Positions 36,129-45,515 of a stretch of 64,000 nucleotides of DNA are shown here, one piece after another. Under the pieces are notes generated by a model that saw only the letters and a list, made by a program, of their open reading frames with translations, was not told the DNA's origin and searched no databases. Source of the stretch: a virus (taxonomy: Duplodnaviria > Heunggongvirae > Uroviricota > Caudoviricetes). Position 1 is the first letter of the stretch, and every line of letters starts with the position of its first letter. Location of the stretch: the IMG/VR virus record IMGVR_UViG_3300044673_000278, positions 59,694-123,693 of that record; one strand, written 5' to 3'. Position numbers and translations under genes: made by a program.

Positions 36129-38009
36129 TTATGTTCTTTTGACAAAAGCTAATTTTTTCAGTCTGTCCAGATCTTCGTAGAAGCTGTCTGTGACTGCACC
36201 GCGGTGATCCATGGGATCGGTTGAGTCTTCCGCTGCTACTTGTCGATCTTTGACGATTCTGTAGGTTCCCATTTTGGTCTTGACTACTCTGCCGCCAAAC
36301 TCATTGGCAATTTCTTTGGCAGCACTGGGGCTGTCAACTGTGACCAACATGGGCCCAGAACCAGTTCCACTCTTTCTTGTTACATCATGTAGATAAAGAT
36401 ATTGTTCTTTTCCAAACTTGCTGGGCAAGAACTTGCCTGCTGGAACACTGGTATGGAATTCATAACTATCTAAATTTTCCGTCAGATCCGAATAGTTGGC
36501 ATAGTACTCATCGTACACAGAGTCGTCGCCGTGGTCCATGGCTGCATCAGCAGCACGTTTGCCAAAACGGGCGTCAATGTAGCTGTATAGCTCATCCAAG
36601 AAGCGCTCGCGATCTAAACCTGGCATGCTGACTCGCAGGTCTTCAATGGCATTGCCCACATAGTCGCTGGAACCTTCTTCCAGCGGAGCAACAGCACCTG
36701 CCACGGTACCGCCCGTGCTTTCGTCCATGTCGCAACCGGCTTCGAAAGTGGCCAAGTTGTCGCCTTCGTTAACTTCGGGTTCGGGCTTAACACCCGGAAC
36801 TTCCATGCCCATTTCTTTCATACGAGCAATGATCACGGGTCTAGCATCAGCGTCGGCATCGCGGTCAGCCAGTTCGCCCAGTCGATCAAACAGTTCGTCA
36901 TCGCCTAGGATGTCATACAGTTGTTCTGTGGCATTGGCAGCATCAGGACCCACTGGCAGTTCCTGTGCCAACAAACTGTAGAGCTTGTCTTTGGCTTCAG
37001 GTGTTTCGGGCAAAGCCCAGGTACCTTCGACCAACTTGTTGGCCCATGACTCAAATTCGTTGGCTTCTTTCATTGTGCTTCCTTGTATCTTTGCCAGTGT
37101 GGGCAATGCTGCTTCAATTCTGGTGTCCAGTGTTTGTTCAATAAACATGGTCTTGAGATCTTCAACCAGGGCTTCTTGTACGCCCACATCAGCTGGAGTC
37201 CAAGACTCAAAATAGTTTTGATAGCCACGAGCTGTGCCCATGTGCTTTAGATTGTTCTGTAGATTGTGATAGTATTCACGAGCAGCTTCTACCAACTGCT
37301 GTGTTTGGCCTTCAAACATTTTGTTTTGGCTGGCTCTATTGAATCTGGCCAGCACAGCCATTTCGTTCACAGTTTCAGCAATGTGAACACCGCGCACATC
37401 ATAGGGCTTGCCGCCGTGACGCACATGTTCCAACATGGCTCGACCGCCTACTAGCTTGGTAAATGGTAATTTAAAACGTTCGCCATCGGCAGTTTCAATA
37501 AACAAACTTTCCACATAGCGATAACGCTTGTCATCTTCGCCGATCAATCGATTGTGTTTGATTACTAAACGTGCATCTGTGGCTTCACCCATGTAGCTCA
37601 CACGGCGATTGCCATAGTAGCCTTCAAACAAACCTTCTTTGATAGCGGCCATGCCTGCCATGGTATGTTTGATTGCGTTTAGATTCTTGGGTGTAAATGT
37701 GTGGAAGTTATGGCGTGTGGCAAATTTACTGAGTTGTTGTAAGAAGCTGAACCATTGGTCTTTGTCACCTTCGTCTTCCATGCTCTTGCCAAGATTGTCA
37801 CCAAAAAACAGCATGAGCTCTTTGTCGTCTCCAATCAGTGCAACTGCGGTACCGTAGTTTTTGCCCGAAGCACCCATGTAGTCAAATTTGAAAACTGAGC
37901 CTTCATCGGGTGTGGTTTCCCGGCCTTGTGCGTCTGTGACTTGGGGGTCGAAGTTTTTGCTGACCAGTAAGTCATACAAATCTTTGCTGATGTTGATATC
38001 TTGTGCCAT
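36129..38009 (-). CDS. Large acidic late protein, putative protease-processed internal head protein
   Basis: TAAATA-7-ATG; many hydrophobic-x-E|G/S/A sites; modular C-half. Confidence 0.65.
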   Translation of the reverse strand: MAQDINISKDLYDLLVSKNFDPQVTDAQGRETTPDEGSVFKFDYMGASGKNYGTAVALIGDDKELMLFFGDNLGKSMEDEGDKDQWFSFLQQLSKFATRHNFHTFTPKNLNAIKHTMAGMAAIKEGLFEGYYGNRRVSYMGEATDARLVIKHNRLIGEDDKRYRYVESLFIETADGERFKLPFTKLVGGRAMLEHVRHGGKPYDVRGVHIAETVNEMAVLARFNRASQNKMFEGQTQQLVEAAREYYHNLQNNLKHMGTARGYQNYFESWTPADVGVQEALVEDLKTMFIEQTLDTRIEAALPTLAKIQGSTMKEANEFESWANKLVEGTWALPETPEAKDKLYSLLAQELPVGPDAANATEQLYDILGDDELFDRLGELADRDADADARPVIIARMKEMGMEVPGVKPEPEVNEGDNLATFEAGCDMDESTGGTVAGAVAPLEEGSSDYVGNAIEDLRVSMPGLDRERFLDELYSYIDARFGKRAADAAMDHGDDSVYDEYYANYSDLTENLDSYEFHTSVPAGKFLPSKFGKEQYLYLHDVTRKSGTGSGPMLVTVDSPSAAKEIANEFGGRVVKTKMGTYRIVKDRQVAAEDSTDPMDHRGAVTDSFYEDLDRLKKLAFVKRT

Positions 38010-38019
38010 AGTTGTATAT

Positions 38020-39600
38020 TTAGCGCATTACAATAAAGGGCAAGGGTTCAACTACACTGTCAGAATGGTCCCGCAAATGTGTGTCTAAGTCACTGTGATA
38101 GCTCTGCAACAGCATCAGCATACGCCCAACCAACAATGTAGCCATTACAAGATCGTCTGTTTCTCCCATTTTGGCAGCATAGCTAGATCCGTTGGCCACA
38201 AAGTTTTTAAACTCGCTGATCAAGGGCTTTGAACGCAGTTTCATACGCCCTGATTCTATTAGAATCTTTACTTTGTTACAGGCAGTGAGCTTGGCTTTGT
38301 TTGTGGTGTTAAAGCCCTTGCGGAATCTGCGGCCTGTGCCTGCTACTACAGTGTTGTCACTTAGGAAGTAGCCAGGGATATTTTCTTCGCCGTATTCTGC
38401 GATACTGATCAGTGCTGCTTCACCAATGGTATTGTTTTCCACTGAGTAATACACACTCTTATTGTCACGAGTAACAGCATAAAGTTCTTTGACAATGTCT
38501 GCCAGTATGCGAACTTGATTGGGAATGTCTGTTTTGTTGTGTTTCCACTCAGCAATCTGTTCTGTGGTTCTGGCTTCGAACACTTGTATAGCAGCAGGAT
38601 CTCCACCTGTGCCCAAACTGGGATCCATGGCTACAACATAGATTTCTCCTGCACGTGGTTCCCTGTACCAACGCACTTGTCCAGATTTACGTATGGGTTC
38701 TGTTCCTTCTAGCTCCAACAATTTAATAGGACTGATCAGTGTTTCGTCATTGATCACAAACTCGCAGTCCATTTCCCTGCGGAAACGTTCTTCGCCCAGC
38801 TGTGCTCTCTGCTCGTCGGCCCATTTTTCATCGCGATCTGGGTGTTCTCGCCAATAAGCACGGTAAGCTTTGAAGCCGTTAATGCCCACACCGCCGGGAC
38901 GCGGATTACCGTACTCGTCCTCAACTTTGTTGGCACCTTTCCAAATCAACGCAAACTGATCTTCGTCTGAGTTTGGTGTTGACGTAATAATAGCTTTACC
39001 ACCTGTTGACAGCGTAGGCGTAATAGAAGTCCAGAATTCCGACGCAATAGTGGGACGCACGAACGCAAATTCGTCTAGGTACAGCAGTGTGATAGACATA
39101 CCCCGGCCGGTGTTTTCAGTTGTGGTCTGACTGACAATACGACTGCCGTTTTCAAATTCTATCGAGCCCTTGTTGTAACTGGTAGCGCCTGCGCGAATGT
39201 GGTTGGGGCACAGTTCGTATGCGTATCGAATACGCTGCATGATTTCCTGTGCGCCCAAATATTTGTGTGCCGCAATAAGAATTGTCGAGTCCGGCACAAA
39301 CATTGCGTACCACAACAGGTATCCTGCTGCTGAAGTTGACTTACCTGTCTGTCGAGGCATCAACGATATGGAGAAACGATTGTTGTGATAGTTTTCAATC
39401 AGTCTGCGCTGATACTCAAAAGGATGGTACAGCATCTTACCACGTGTGGGATGCTGGATGTAGAAGAAGTTGTCCATGAAATACATGGGCCCGTTGATGG
39501 GATCAGCGCATAGCGCAAATTCTTCTAGTTCTTGTTCAGTATATGTTTCACGCCTATGCGGCGCTTTGACTAGCACTGTTTCAAGATTTTTGGGTTGCAT
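38020..39600 (-). CDS. terL: Terminase large subunit (T4 gp17-like)
   Basis: RQTGKST, LYLDEFAF, ITSTPN, RFRREMDCEF, nuclease DPS.GTGGD, TDDLVMA. Confidence 0.97.
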   Translation of the reverse strand: MQPKNLETVLVKAPHRRETYTEQELEEFALCADPINGPMYFMDNFFYIQHPTRGKMLYHPFEYQRRLIENYHNNRFSISLMPRQTGKSTSAAGYLLWYAMFVPDSTILIAAHKYLGAQEIMQRIRYAYELCPNHIRAGATSYNKGSIEFENGSRIVSQTTTENTGRGMSITLLYLDEFAFVRPTIASEFWTSITPTLSTGGKAIITSTPNSDEDQFALIWKGANKVEDEYGNPRPGGVGINGFKAYRAYWREHPDRDEKWADEQRAQLGEERFRREMDCEFVINDETLISPIKLLELEGTEPIRKSGQVRWYREPRAGEIYVVAMDPSLGTGGDPAAIQVFEARTTEQIAEWKHNKTDIPNQVRILADIVKELYAVTRDNKSVYYSVENNTIGEAALISIAEYGEENIPGYFLSDNTVVAGTGRRFRKGFNTTNKAKLTACNKVKILIESGRMKLRSKPLISEFKNFVANGSSYAAKMGETDDLVMATLLVGRMLMLLQSYHSDLDTHLRDHSDSVVEPLPFIVMR

Positions 39601-40366
39601 ACCAATCATTTAATATCCTATCTGCAATTCTACGATGTGCTTCGGGGCCGCCGTGCATAGCATCTCTGGCATAGCCTATTTCTTCTCTGGACATTGACAT
39701 GAAATCCATCGATCTCAAAACAATACACGGTATATTTAATTCTGCACACAGTTGTTTGACGGCGCGAATATTTTTACGCTGATTTATCCAAGCATTTTCG
39801 TCATTTAAAAACCAATGCTTGACAAATTCATCTGCGCCGGCGCCATTGATCAGCGACCCTGGCATGTATACATCAACTGGTATGTTCCTTAAATGTGCCA
39901 CAGATGGTTCATCTAGCAGCAGTTCCATTCTGTCCTCTGGTGGAGTAAACATCACTACCAGTTTGGGCATCAGTTCAGGTACCCAGTATTCGGCCATACG
40001 ATAACAAGTGTCTGCCGACGATCCTCCCCAAGAAATATTAGCTACCCGTAATCCAAGTGCTCGACCCACCAGCTCTGGCCATATGGTGTCTAGTGGAAGG
40101 CCTATGCCATTGGTAAAACTACAGCCCAGTGCCACAAGGTATGGTTCGCCCTTTACAATTTCGTCACATCTGAATCCGTGGCTGTTGATTTTGTATGTAA
40201 TGGCGCCAGGTAGATGCCAGCCCCGAGATTCAAAATATGCGCGATGCACGGGATCTTGACAAAGTCTCTGAAACGATTCTTCAGTGTCTGTTGGTAGCCA
40301 ATTCAGGGTCTGCCCTGCTACTCCGATGCCAGGGAAAGGTGGTGGTTTAATTGTATTGTCTATCAT
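39581..40366 (-). CDS. SGNH-like hydrolase or acyltransferase
   Basis: Y.INSHGFR, LGCSFT.G.G, NISWGGSS, ARDAMHGG. Confidence 0.65.
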   Translation of the reverse strand: MIDNTIKPPPFPGIGVAGQTLNWLPTDTEESFQRLCQDPVHRAYFESRGWHLPGAITYKINSHGFRCDEIVKGEPYLVALGCSFTNGIGLPLDTIWPELVGRALGLRVANISWGGSSADTCYRMAEYWVPELMPKLVVMFTPPEDRMELLLDEPSVAHLRNIPVDVYMPGSLINGAGADEFVKHWFLNDENAWINQRKNIRAVKQLCAELNIPCIVLRSMDFMSMSREEIGYARDAMHGGPEAHRRIADRILNDWYATQKS

Positions 40367-40376
40367 GGCTTTGTAA

Positions 40377-41522
40377 TTATTTTCTGAGTTTGCTTACTAA
40401 ATCCGGCCACAATTCTTGAAAGGTCTTTTGTTTTTTTAACACACTTTCAATCTCCGTGTGCCACTCTAGTACATCTATTTCTTTGTCTTTGTTAAACAAA
40501 TAACTGTTATCAACCAACGAGTTGATGTATCCTTTTAGTGTATCTAACGCAAGATTATTTTTGGTCGAATATTTTTCCACTGTTCGATTGATTTCGTCGA
40601 TAGCCTGTTGTCGAATTTCTATTGGTAGTCGACGAACATCAAGTTCGTGCGGATGAGTCAGTTCGCACCAAAACATGTCAAGTTCGTTGTCAACACAAAA
40701 GTCATAATATGGAACCAACTCAAACGCACAATAGATGCTGTATGCAGGATGTGCAACAACATGTTGATTGTCTTGTTTCATTTGTGCAATGTTGGCAACA
40801 AATTGATCCCAGTTGGCCCCATTGCGAACGTATTCAAACTTGTCTCGGTCCACATTGTCAAAACTAATCAACCAGTCAACTTTTTTCCATTTTTTCAATT
40901 CTTGATACACAGGGTTATTTTTAATATCAACACTGAGATTTGTTGTTACCATAACACTGGTAGTTTCAGAATCAAGTTGCTGTAAAAACTCTGTCAGGCC
41001 CCTCTGCAGCAGAGGCTCGCCTCCGCCCAACGAAAGTCCCTTGATATTTTTCCCATGAGTTTTGGCCAACTCTATCAAGTCATTGTGCTCATTTTTGTTA
41101 TGCACTATGGGAATTTTTCGAACACTTTGCCAAGCGGTAGAAGTATGCGGATTACAATACACACAAGTTAGATTACACAGATTACTCCAGTTTATAACAA
41201 CGTCATTGAGAGAGAACCATTCAATGTCTTGATCAATGTTTTGTTTGACTTCGTCTGATGCGGCACGCATTGTTCTTCCGCTGCTGCGACCGTTTGACTC
41301 AAGGTCTTGGCATATATTACATGCAGAATGCCATTCTCCCTGTGCAATGGTTTGTCTTAAATCTTGCAGCGGCTTGTCTTTTAAAATTTCCTGTATGGAT
41401 TTTTCTTTAAGGCTACCTAGCTCATAGCTGCTGTGCATACACGGTAGCACCTTACCAGTTTGATCAATGTTCAAAAAAGTCCACGGCGAGGAACAGAACG
41501 TTTTGCTTTGACTTATTGACAT
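40377..41522 (-). CDS. Twitch-domain radical SAM protein
   Basis: FCSSPW...PC...CNIC; CNLTCVYC; GGEP. Confidence 0.9.
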   Translation of the reverse strand: MSISQSKTFCSSPWTFLNIDQTGKVLPCMHSSYELGSLKEKSIQEILKDKPLQDLRQTIAQGEWHSACNICQDLESNGRSSGRTMRAASDEVKQNIDQDIEWFSLNDVVINWSNLCNLTCVYCNPHTSTAWQSVRKIPIVHNKNEHNDLIELAKTHGKNIKGLSLGGGEPLLQRGLTEFLQQLDSETTSVMVTTNLSVDIKNNPVYQELKKWKKVDWLISFDNVDRDKFEYVRNGANWDQFVANIAQMKQDNQHVVAHPAYSIYCAFELVPYYDFCVDNELDMFWCELTHPHELDVRRLPIEIRQQAIDEINRTVEKYSTKNNLALDTLKGYINSLVDNSYLFNKDKEIDVLEWHTEIESVLKKQKTFQELWPDLVSKLRK

Positions 41523-42655
41523 AGATGTGCTAGCTCCGGCCATAGTTCCACAAACTTACCTTGTTGGTCCCGGTGATACTTGCTTTCAATTTCGGCAATG
41601 TGCTGACGGAATTTGTGTTCGATCCCCGGCTTGGCAGCATCTACGTTTTTGTAGTTTTGCAAGCTTTGGTCAAAGAACTGTCGTTCTGCATCTGTGGCCA
41701 GACCTGTTTGATAGAACTTTTCTATTTCTTCAGCCGCTGCCTTTGCAACTTCGGGACCATGTAAGAAAGGATCAAGATAGTCTGGCTGGAACAAATTCTG
41801 CCACAGCACTGTGGTATCTGTTTCGTGAGCAAACTGTCGCAGTTCGCAGACTCGTGTGGCACTGTAGATGTTGTACACAGCATGGATACCGCCCCACTGC
41901 CCTTGTGACTTCATTAAATCTTTGATTACTGCAAGATTGTTTCGTATTGTATCCCAGCTTGCGCCGTGACGCACATATTCTAGTCTGCTGCCCACATTGT
42001 CAAAGCTCATAGACCAGCCTACTTTGTTGCGAGTGGCAAGCTTTTGGAATATTTTGTTCTTTTCAAAATCAACATTGAGATTGGTAATCAATGTAACAAT
42101 AGCGTCTTTGGGTATAACATCCAACAAACGTTCGTTTTCGGGCAACAACAAGGGTTCTCCACCTACCAGTGCAACTTCGTGTATGTGATCGTGGTGCTGT
42201 TCTATAAAGTCGCAGACCTGATCGTAGTAGGGCCTGGCGCCAGATTTAAATGGAATGTTTTTGAGACTAGCCCATTTGCTGCTGCATGCTTCACCACAGT
42301 AGTTACAGCTTAGGTTACAAGTGGTGTTCCAACGCACATCTACGATCACAGGGTAGTGATACAGATCTCCAGCTGTGGCAAAATCAAAGTCTGGGTTTAC
42401 ATCGTTGTGCCATTTGCGTTCCGAGTCAGCACCAAAGCGTTCAGCACGAACACAATTGCTACAATACTCGTGTGGTTGTCCTTGGGCGAGACTTTGGCGT
42501 ATTTCGGCCATTAAGTCACTGTTGAGAATTTCAACAATACTTTGTTGATTTAGATTGCCCAGCATGTTAGGGTTGCCAGCACAGCAAGTTTTGACATCCC
42601 CACGTGGATTGATATGTAAGCCGCGCCAAGGTGCAGCACAGAAAAAATTACTCAT
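41513..42655 (-). CDS. Twitch-domain radical SAM protein
   Basis: FCAAPW...TCC...CSNC; CNLSCNYC; GGEP. Confidence 0.92.
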   Translation of the reverse strand: MSNFFCAAPWRGLHINPRGDVKTCCAGNPNMLGNLNQQSIVEILNSDLMAEIRQSLAQGQPHEYCSNCVRAERFGADSERKWHNDVNPDFDFATAGDLYHYPVIVDVRWNTTCNLSCNYCGEACSSKWASLKNIPFKSGARPYYDQVCDFIEQHHDHIHEVALVGGEPLLLPENERLLDVIPKDAIVTLITNLNVDFEKNKIFQKLATRNKVGWSMSFDNVGSRLEYVRHGASWDTIRNNLAVIKDLMKSQGQWGGIHAVYNIYSATRVCELRQFAHETDTTVLWQNLFQPDYLDPFLHGPEVAKAAAEEIEKFYQTGLATDAERQFFDQSLQNYKNVDAAKPGIEHKFRQHIAEIESKYHRDQQGKFVELWPELAHLCQ

Positions 42656-42673
42656 CCCGTATTTACGGGCAGT

Positions 42674-43108
42674 TTATTGGCACCAGGATGTTTTGGCTTC
42701 GCCGAAGTATTCTCTAGCAAACCCATTGGCAATCAAACCGGCACGCAGACTACGACCGTCTAGAATGATATCTCCCAGGACACGGCCACCGAACTTATCC
42801 CAGGCATATAGCGTGACTTGTCGTTTTTGACTAGCTGCAACTGCATTTTTGGTAAATTGGGTAGCGGCTTGTCCTCGTTGATCTTCTGAAGGGCATTGAG
42901 CACGGAATCCTTTTTCAGGTGTGTCAACGCCAAAGATTCGGACAGCGAGTTCGGGCTTGAGTGGAGCAGGTAGAAAGGGTGCAGAGATTACCACTGTGTC
43001 CCCGTCGTTGACGCGAACAATTTGTGCATCGTAAGTTACGCCTTGAGGTGTTTTTTGTGCCAGTGCCAGAACTGGCACCAACAGCAATGCTGCAATAATT
43101 TTTTTCAT
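42674..43108 (-). CDS. Thermonuclease (SNase-like) with a signal peptide
   Basis: RVNDGDT, VRIFGVDTPE, DKFGGRVLG; MKKIIAALLLVPVLALA. Confidence 0.9.
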   Translation of the reverse strand: MKKIIAALLLVPVLALAQKTPQGVTYDAQIVRVNDGDTVVISAPFLPAPLKPELAVRIFGVDTPEKGFRAQCPSEDQRGQAATQFTKNAVAASQKRQVTLYAWDKFGGRVLGDIILDGRSLRAGLIANGFAREYFGEAKTSWCQ

Positions 43109-43509
43109 CTTGGATAGCCTTTGAATGCTTTGATTGGACTTTGCTTATCAACAAAATTGGGTTCTTCGCTGGGTGCAGTACTGACCATTTTCTTGCCGCC
43201 AGGTGTTTTGGTCATTTTCAATGCTTGATCAATTACAGGCTCAATGTTGTTGTTGAATCCAGCAATGACTGCGTGCTCGCCAAATGCTGTTTCGGCAGTC
43301 CACTCGGGCGTGAAGGGATCAATGTTGTCGTTCAATGGGCTCTGCTTGGAAGCATAGTCGGCTCTGGCTCGAGCCAGTGCCACACCAAATCTATAATTCT
43401 TATAAGGGTCTGCTGCACTCAGTCCGGGTAACACATAAGTGTAGCGCATAGGGTCAGCATACTCGGGTGGCAGCTCTCGTTGCTCTCTGATAAATTCACG
43501 AGCTCTCAT
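43105..43509 (-). CDS. Hypothetical protein, paralog of 43506-43877
   Basis: MRAREF...KQSPIKAFKGYPR. Confidence 0.75.
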   Translation of the reverse strand: MRAREFIREQRELPPEYADPMRYTYVLPGLSAADPYKNYRFGVALARARADYASKQSPLNDNIDPFTPEWTAETAFGEHAVIAGFNNNIEPVIDQALKMTKTPGGKKMVSTAPSEEPNFVDKQSPIKAFKGYPR

Positions 43510-43877
43510 CGTGGGTATCCTTTGAATGCCACAATGGGACTTTGTTTGTTTGTTGAATTGACTTCTTCTGAGTCCATGTCGCCGTGATTAAGATCTTCCC
43601 AATCTGCCCCAGCAGCTTTATAGGCTTGCTTGAGCATTTTTTGTTCTTCTTTGGTATATGGATGTGCAGATCGACGTGTGCCAATCCAGCTCATGTCTTC
43701 AATTTCTACTGGCTTGTCTGTGCCATCGGCACAGGCGGCGGCCATCATCACACGGTTAAGAGTATAGTCGCTGTTGGTTTTGCGCTTGTCTCTAAACAAA
43801 TTTAGGCCGCGAGTAGCCTGCTGAATTCTGTGACTAGGCTTACCAACTTGTTCTGCAACAAACTCACGTGCTCGCAT
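43506..43877 (-). CDS. Hypothetical protein, paralog of 43105-43509
   Basis: MRAREF...KQSPIVAFKGYPR. Confidence 0.75.
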   Translation of the reverse strand: MRAREFVAEQVGKPSHRIQQATRGLNLFRDKRKTNSDYTLNRVMMAAACADGTDKPVEIEDMSWIGTRRSAHPYTKEEQKMLKQAYKAAGADWEDLNHGDMDSEEVNSTNKQSPIVAFKGYPR

Positions 43878-44206
43878 TATGCGCTTCCTACACCTTTGGA
43901 CGCAGCTTGAGCCGAACTTGCTGTTCCTAGTTCTTGAACTGTGAAGTTAGCACCTGTGATAGTTAACTTGTTGCCTACGCCTACATAAATGTCTTGACGA
44001 CTGTTAGCTGGCACAGCCACTGCATTGCTGTAGATGTTACCAACAGGAGTTCCTACGTTGGCAGTGTTTCCGTTGGCAGGATTGACATAGGTCAACTGAA
44101 CTGCTTCAACTTGAAACGTAACAGCAGTGTTGCCTGTACTAATTCGGGCTTTGTCTGTGAACCACGATTGCGCTGATGCACTGGTATAAACGTTTGCTTG
44201 TGGCAT
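43877..44206 (-). CDS. Small beta-rich probable virion protein
   Basis: Thr/Asn/Ala/Val-rich; AAGGA SD. Confidence 0.6.
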   Translation of the reverse strand: MPQANVYTSASAQSWFTDKARISTGNTAVTFQVEAVQLTYVNPANGNTANVGTPVGNIYSNAVAVPANSRQDIYVGVGNKLTITGANFTVQELGTASSAQAASKGVGSA

Positions 44207-44373
44207 TATGAATTATCCTTGTTAGGCTGAGAAACCACTGGTTTGAACAGCTCTCGAGTTTGATACAGCACGCCAGGAATTTCTACTGGTTGTTGTTTGT
44301 ATCCGTTGGTAGCAGGGCTGTGCGGATTTTGTTGCACAGGAGTATTAGGGACAGGGTTAAATGGTGTGTACAT
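44206..44373 (-). CDS. Small Pro/Gln-rich protein (55 aa)
   Basis: MYTPFNPVPNTPVQQNPH...; AAGGA SD; fills the gap exactly. Confidence 0.6.
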   Translation of the reverse strand: MYTPFNPVPNTPVQQNPHSPATNGYKQQPVEIPGVLYQTRELFKPVVSQPNKDNS

Positions 44374-44382
44374 ATTGTTTCC

Positions 44383-45513
44383 TTACCAGGCTCGGCAGCT
44401 CCAATAACGTGCTTTCCAACGTGGACCTGGATTGTCGCAGTTGTGACGAGCACGGAAGTTTTTGCGGCGGCCTGGAATATTCTTCTTGATCTTCATGCCT
44501 TTTTGGCCAAAGTTAACTTTGACCACGTTGCCCTTGGGACCACGCACATAAACTTTTGATTTCTTAACATCGCCCTTCATGGGCTTGCCCAGCGGAACTT
44601 CACGGCCTCGATACTTGGCTTCTGTTACATCGTTCTGCAATGCATACTCTAACTCTGATGTATGAATTGTTCCATTGATAACACTTTGTATCATCTCGTT
44701 ACGATCAGCATCTGGTTCAATTTTTAAAATATATTCGTCAATTAATTCCAGTGTTTCTGGATGTAATTGTTCGGAGCCTTCCGCCACACCTTGCTCATCA
44801 AGGGGTTCATCGGGCAGTTCTGCCAACATGCGAATAACATCACGAGTCCAACCACTGACATCACTGGAGCCAATTTCATCATCGGGACCAATGTTAACAT
44901 AGTCCGCTAGCTCATCAATGGCATCCATGACTTTTTCTGGGCCGTGTGTGGCCAGCACGCCAGGATGTTGCATTAGGATTCTATTGAGCACTGCACGGGC
45001 CACTGGATTGGGTTCGTTGTTGTCTTCGCTGACATAATCATCTTTGTTGCTTTCGATATAGTCAGCAGCAGTGTCTAAGTAGTCAGCAGCTTTGTTGATT
45101 TTGCTCTGTACCCACTCAGGCATGTTTTCATTGTCATCTAGCATGCCAGTGAGTCTACGAGCAGCACGAACAATGGTTTCAAGATCATCTTTGGCCATGT
45201 CGCCTTCAAAGTCATACTCACCAGCATCGGCCATAGGTACATCTTGGGCTTCCATACTAGCAATAGGCTTTACAGGAGCAGCAGCTATGTCTTTTTCTAG
45301 TTGACTAATGTCGCCGTCGCTCAAGAAGCCATAGCTTTCTAACAAGCCCATCATCTTTTCGTCAGCATGCAGCACAATACCATCGTCGGTTTCGTCAACA
45401 ATGTATGTTTCCAGCAAGCATTCTTCGCGAATATTGATAGCGAAGTTGTCGCCACGTACTGGGCGACTGTACTGATCTTCGGATTCTTGTAGATATTCGC
45501 GCAGTGATTTCAT
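44383..45513 (-). CDS. Modular probable internal head protein with a basic C-terminal domain
   Basis: MKSLREYLQE|S; PEWVQSKI module; C-terminal VNFG...FRARHNCD...ARYWSC.W. Confidence 0.7.
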   Translation of the reverse strand: MKSLREYLQESEDQYSRPVRGDNFAINIREECLLETYIVDETDDGIVLHADEKMMGLLESYGFLSDGDISQLEKDIAAAPVKPIASMEAQDVPMADAGEYDFEGDMAKDDLETIVRAARRLTGMLDDNENMPEWVQSKINKAADYLDTAADYIESNKDDYVSEDNNEPNPVARAVLNRILMQHPGVLATHGPEKVMDAIDELADYVNIGPDDEIGSSDVSGWTRDVIRMLAELPDEPLDEQGVAEGSEQLHPETLELIDEYILKIEPDADRNEMIQSVINGTIHTSELEYALQNDVTEAKYRGREVPLGKPMKGDVKKSKVYVRGPKGNVVKVNFGQKGMKIKKNIPGRRKNFRARHNCDNPGPRWKARYWSCRAW

Positions 45514-45515
45514 GA

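Noticed and set aside
40377-44373. RiPP cluster (radical SAM pair plus nearby small ORFs as precursors)
   Set aside because: No RRE/PqqD domain, transporter, peptidase or leader-core precursor pattern; the small ORFs look like virion proteins
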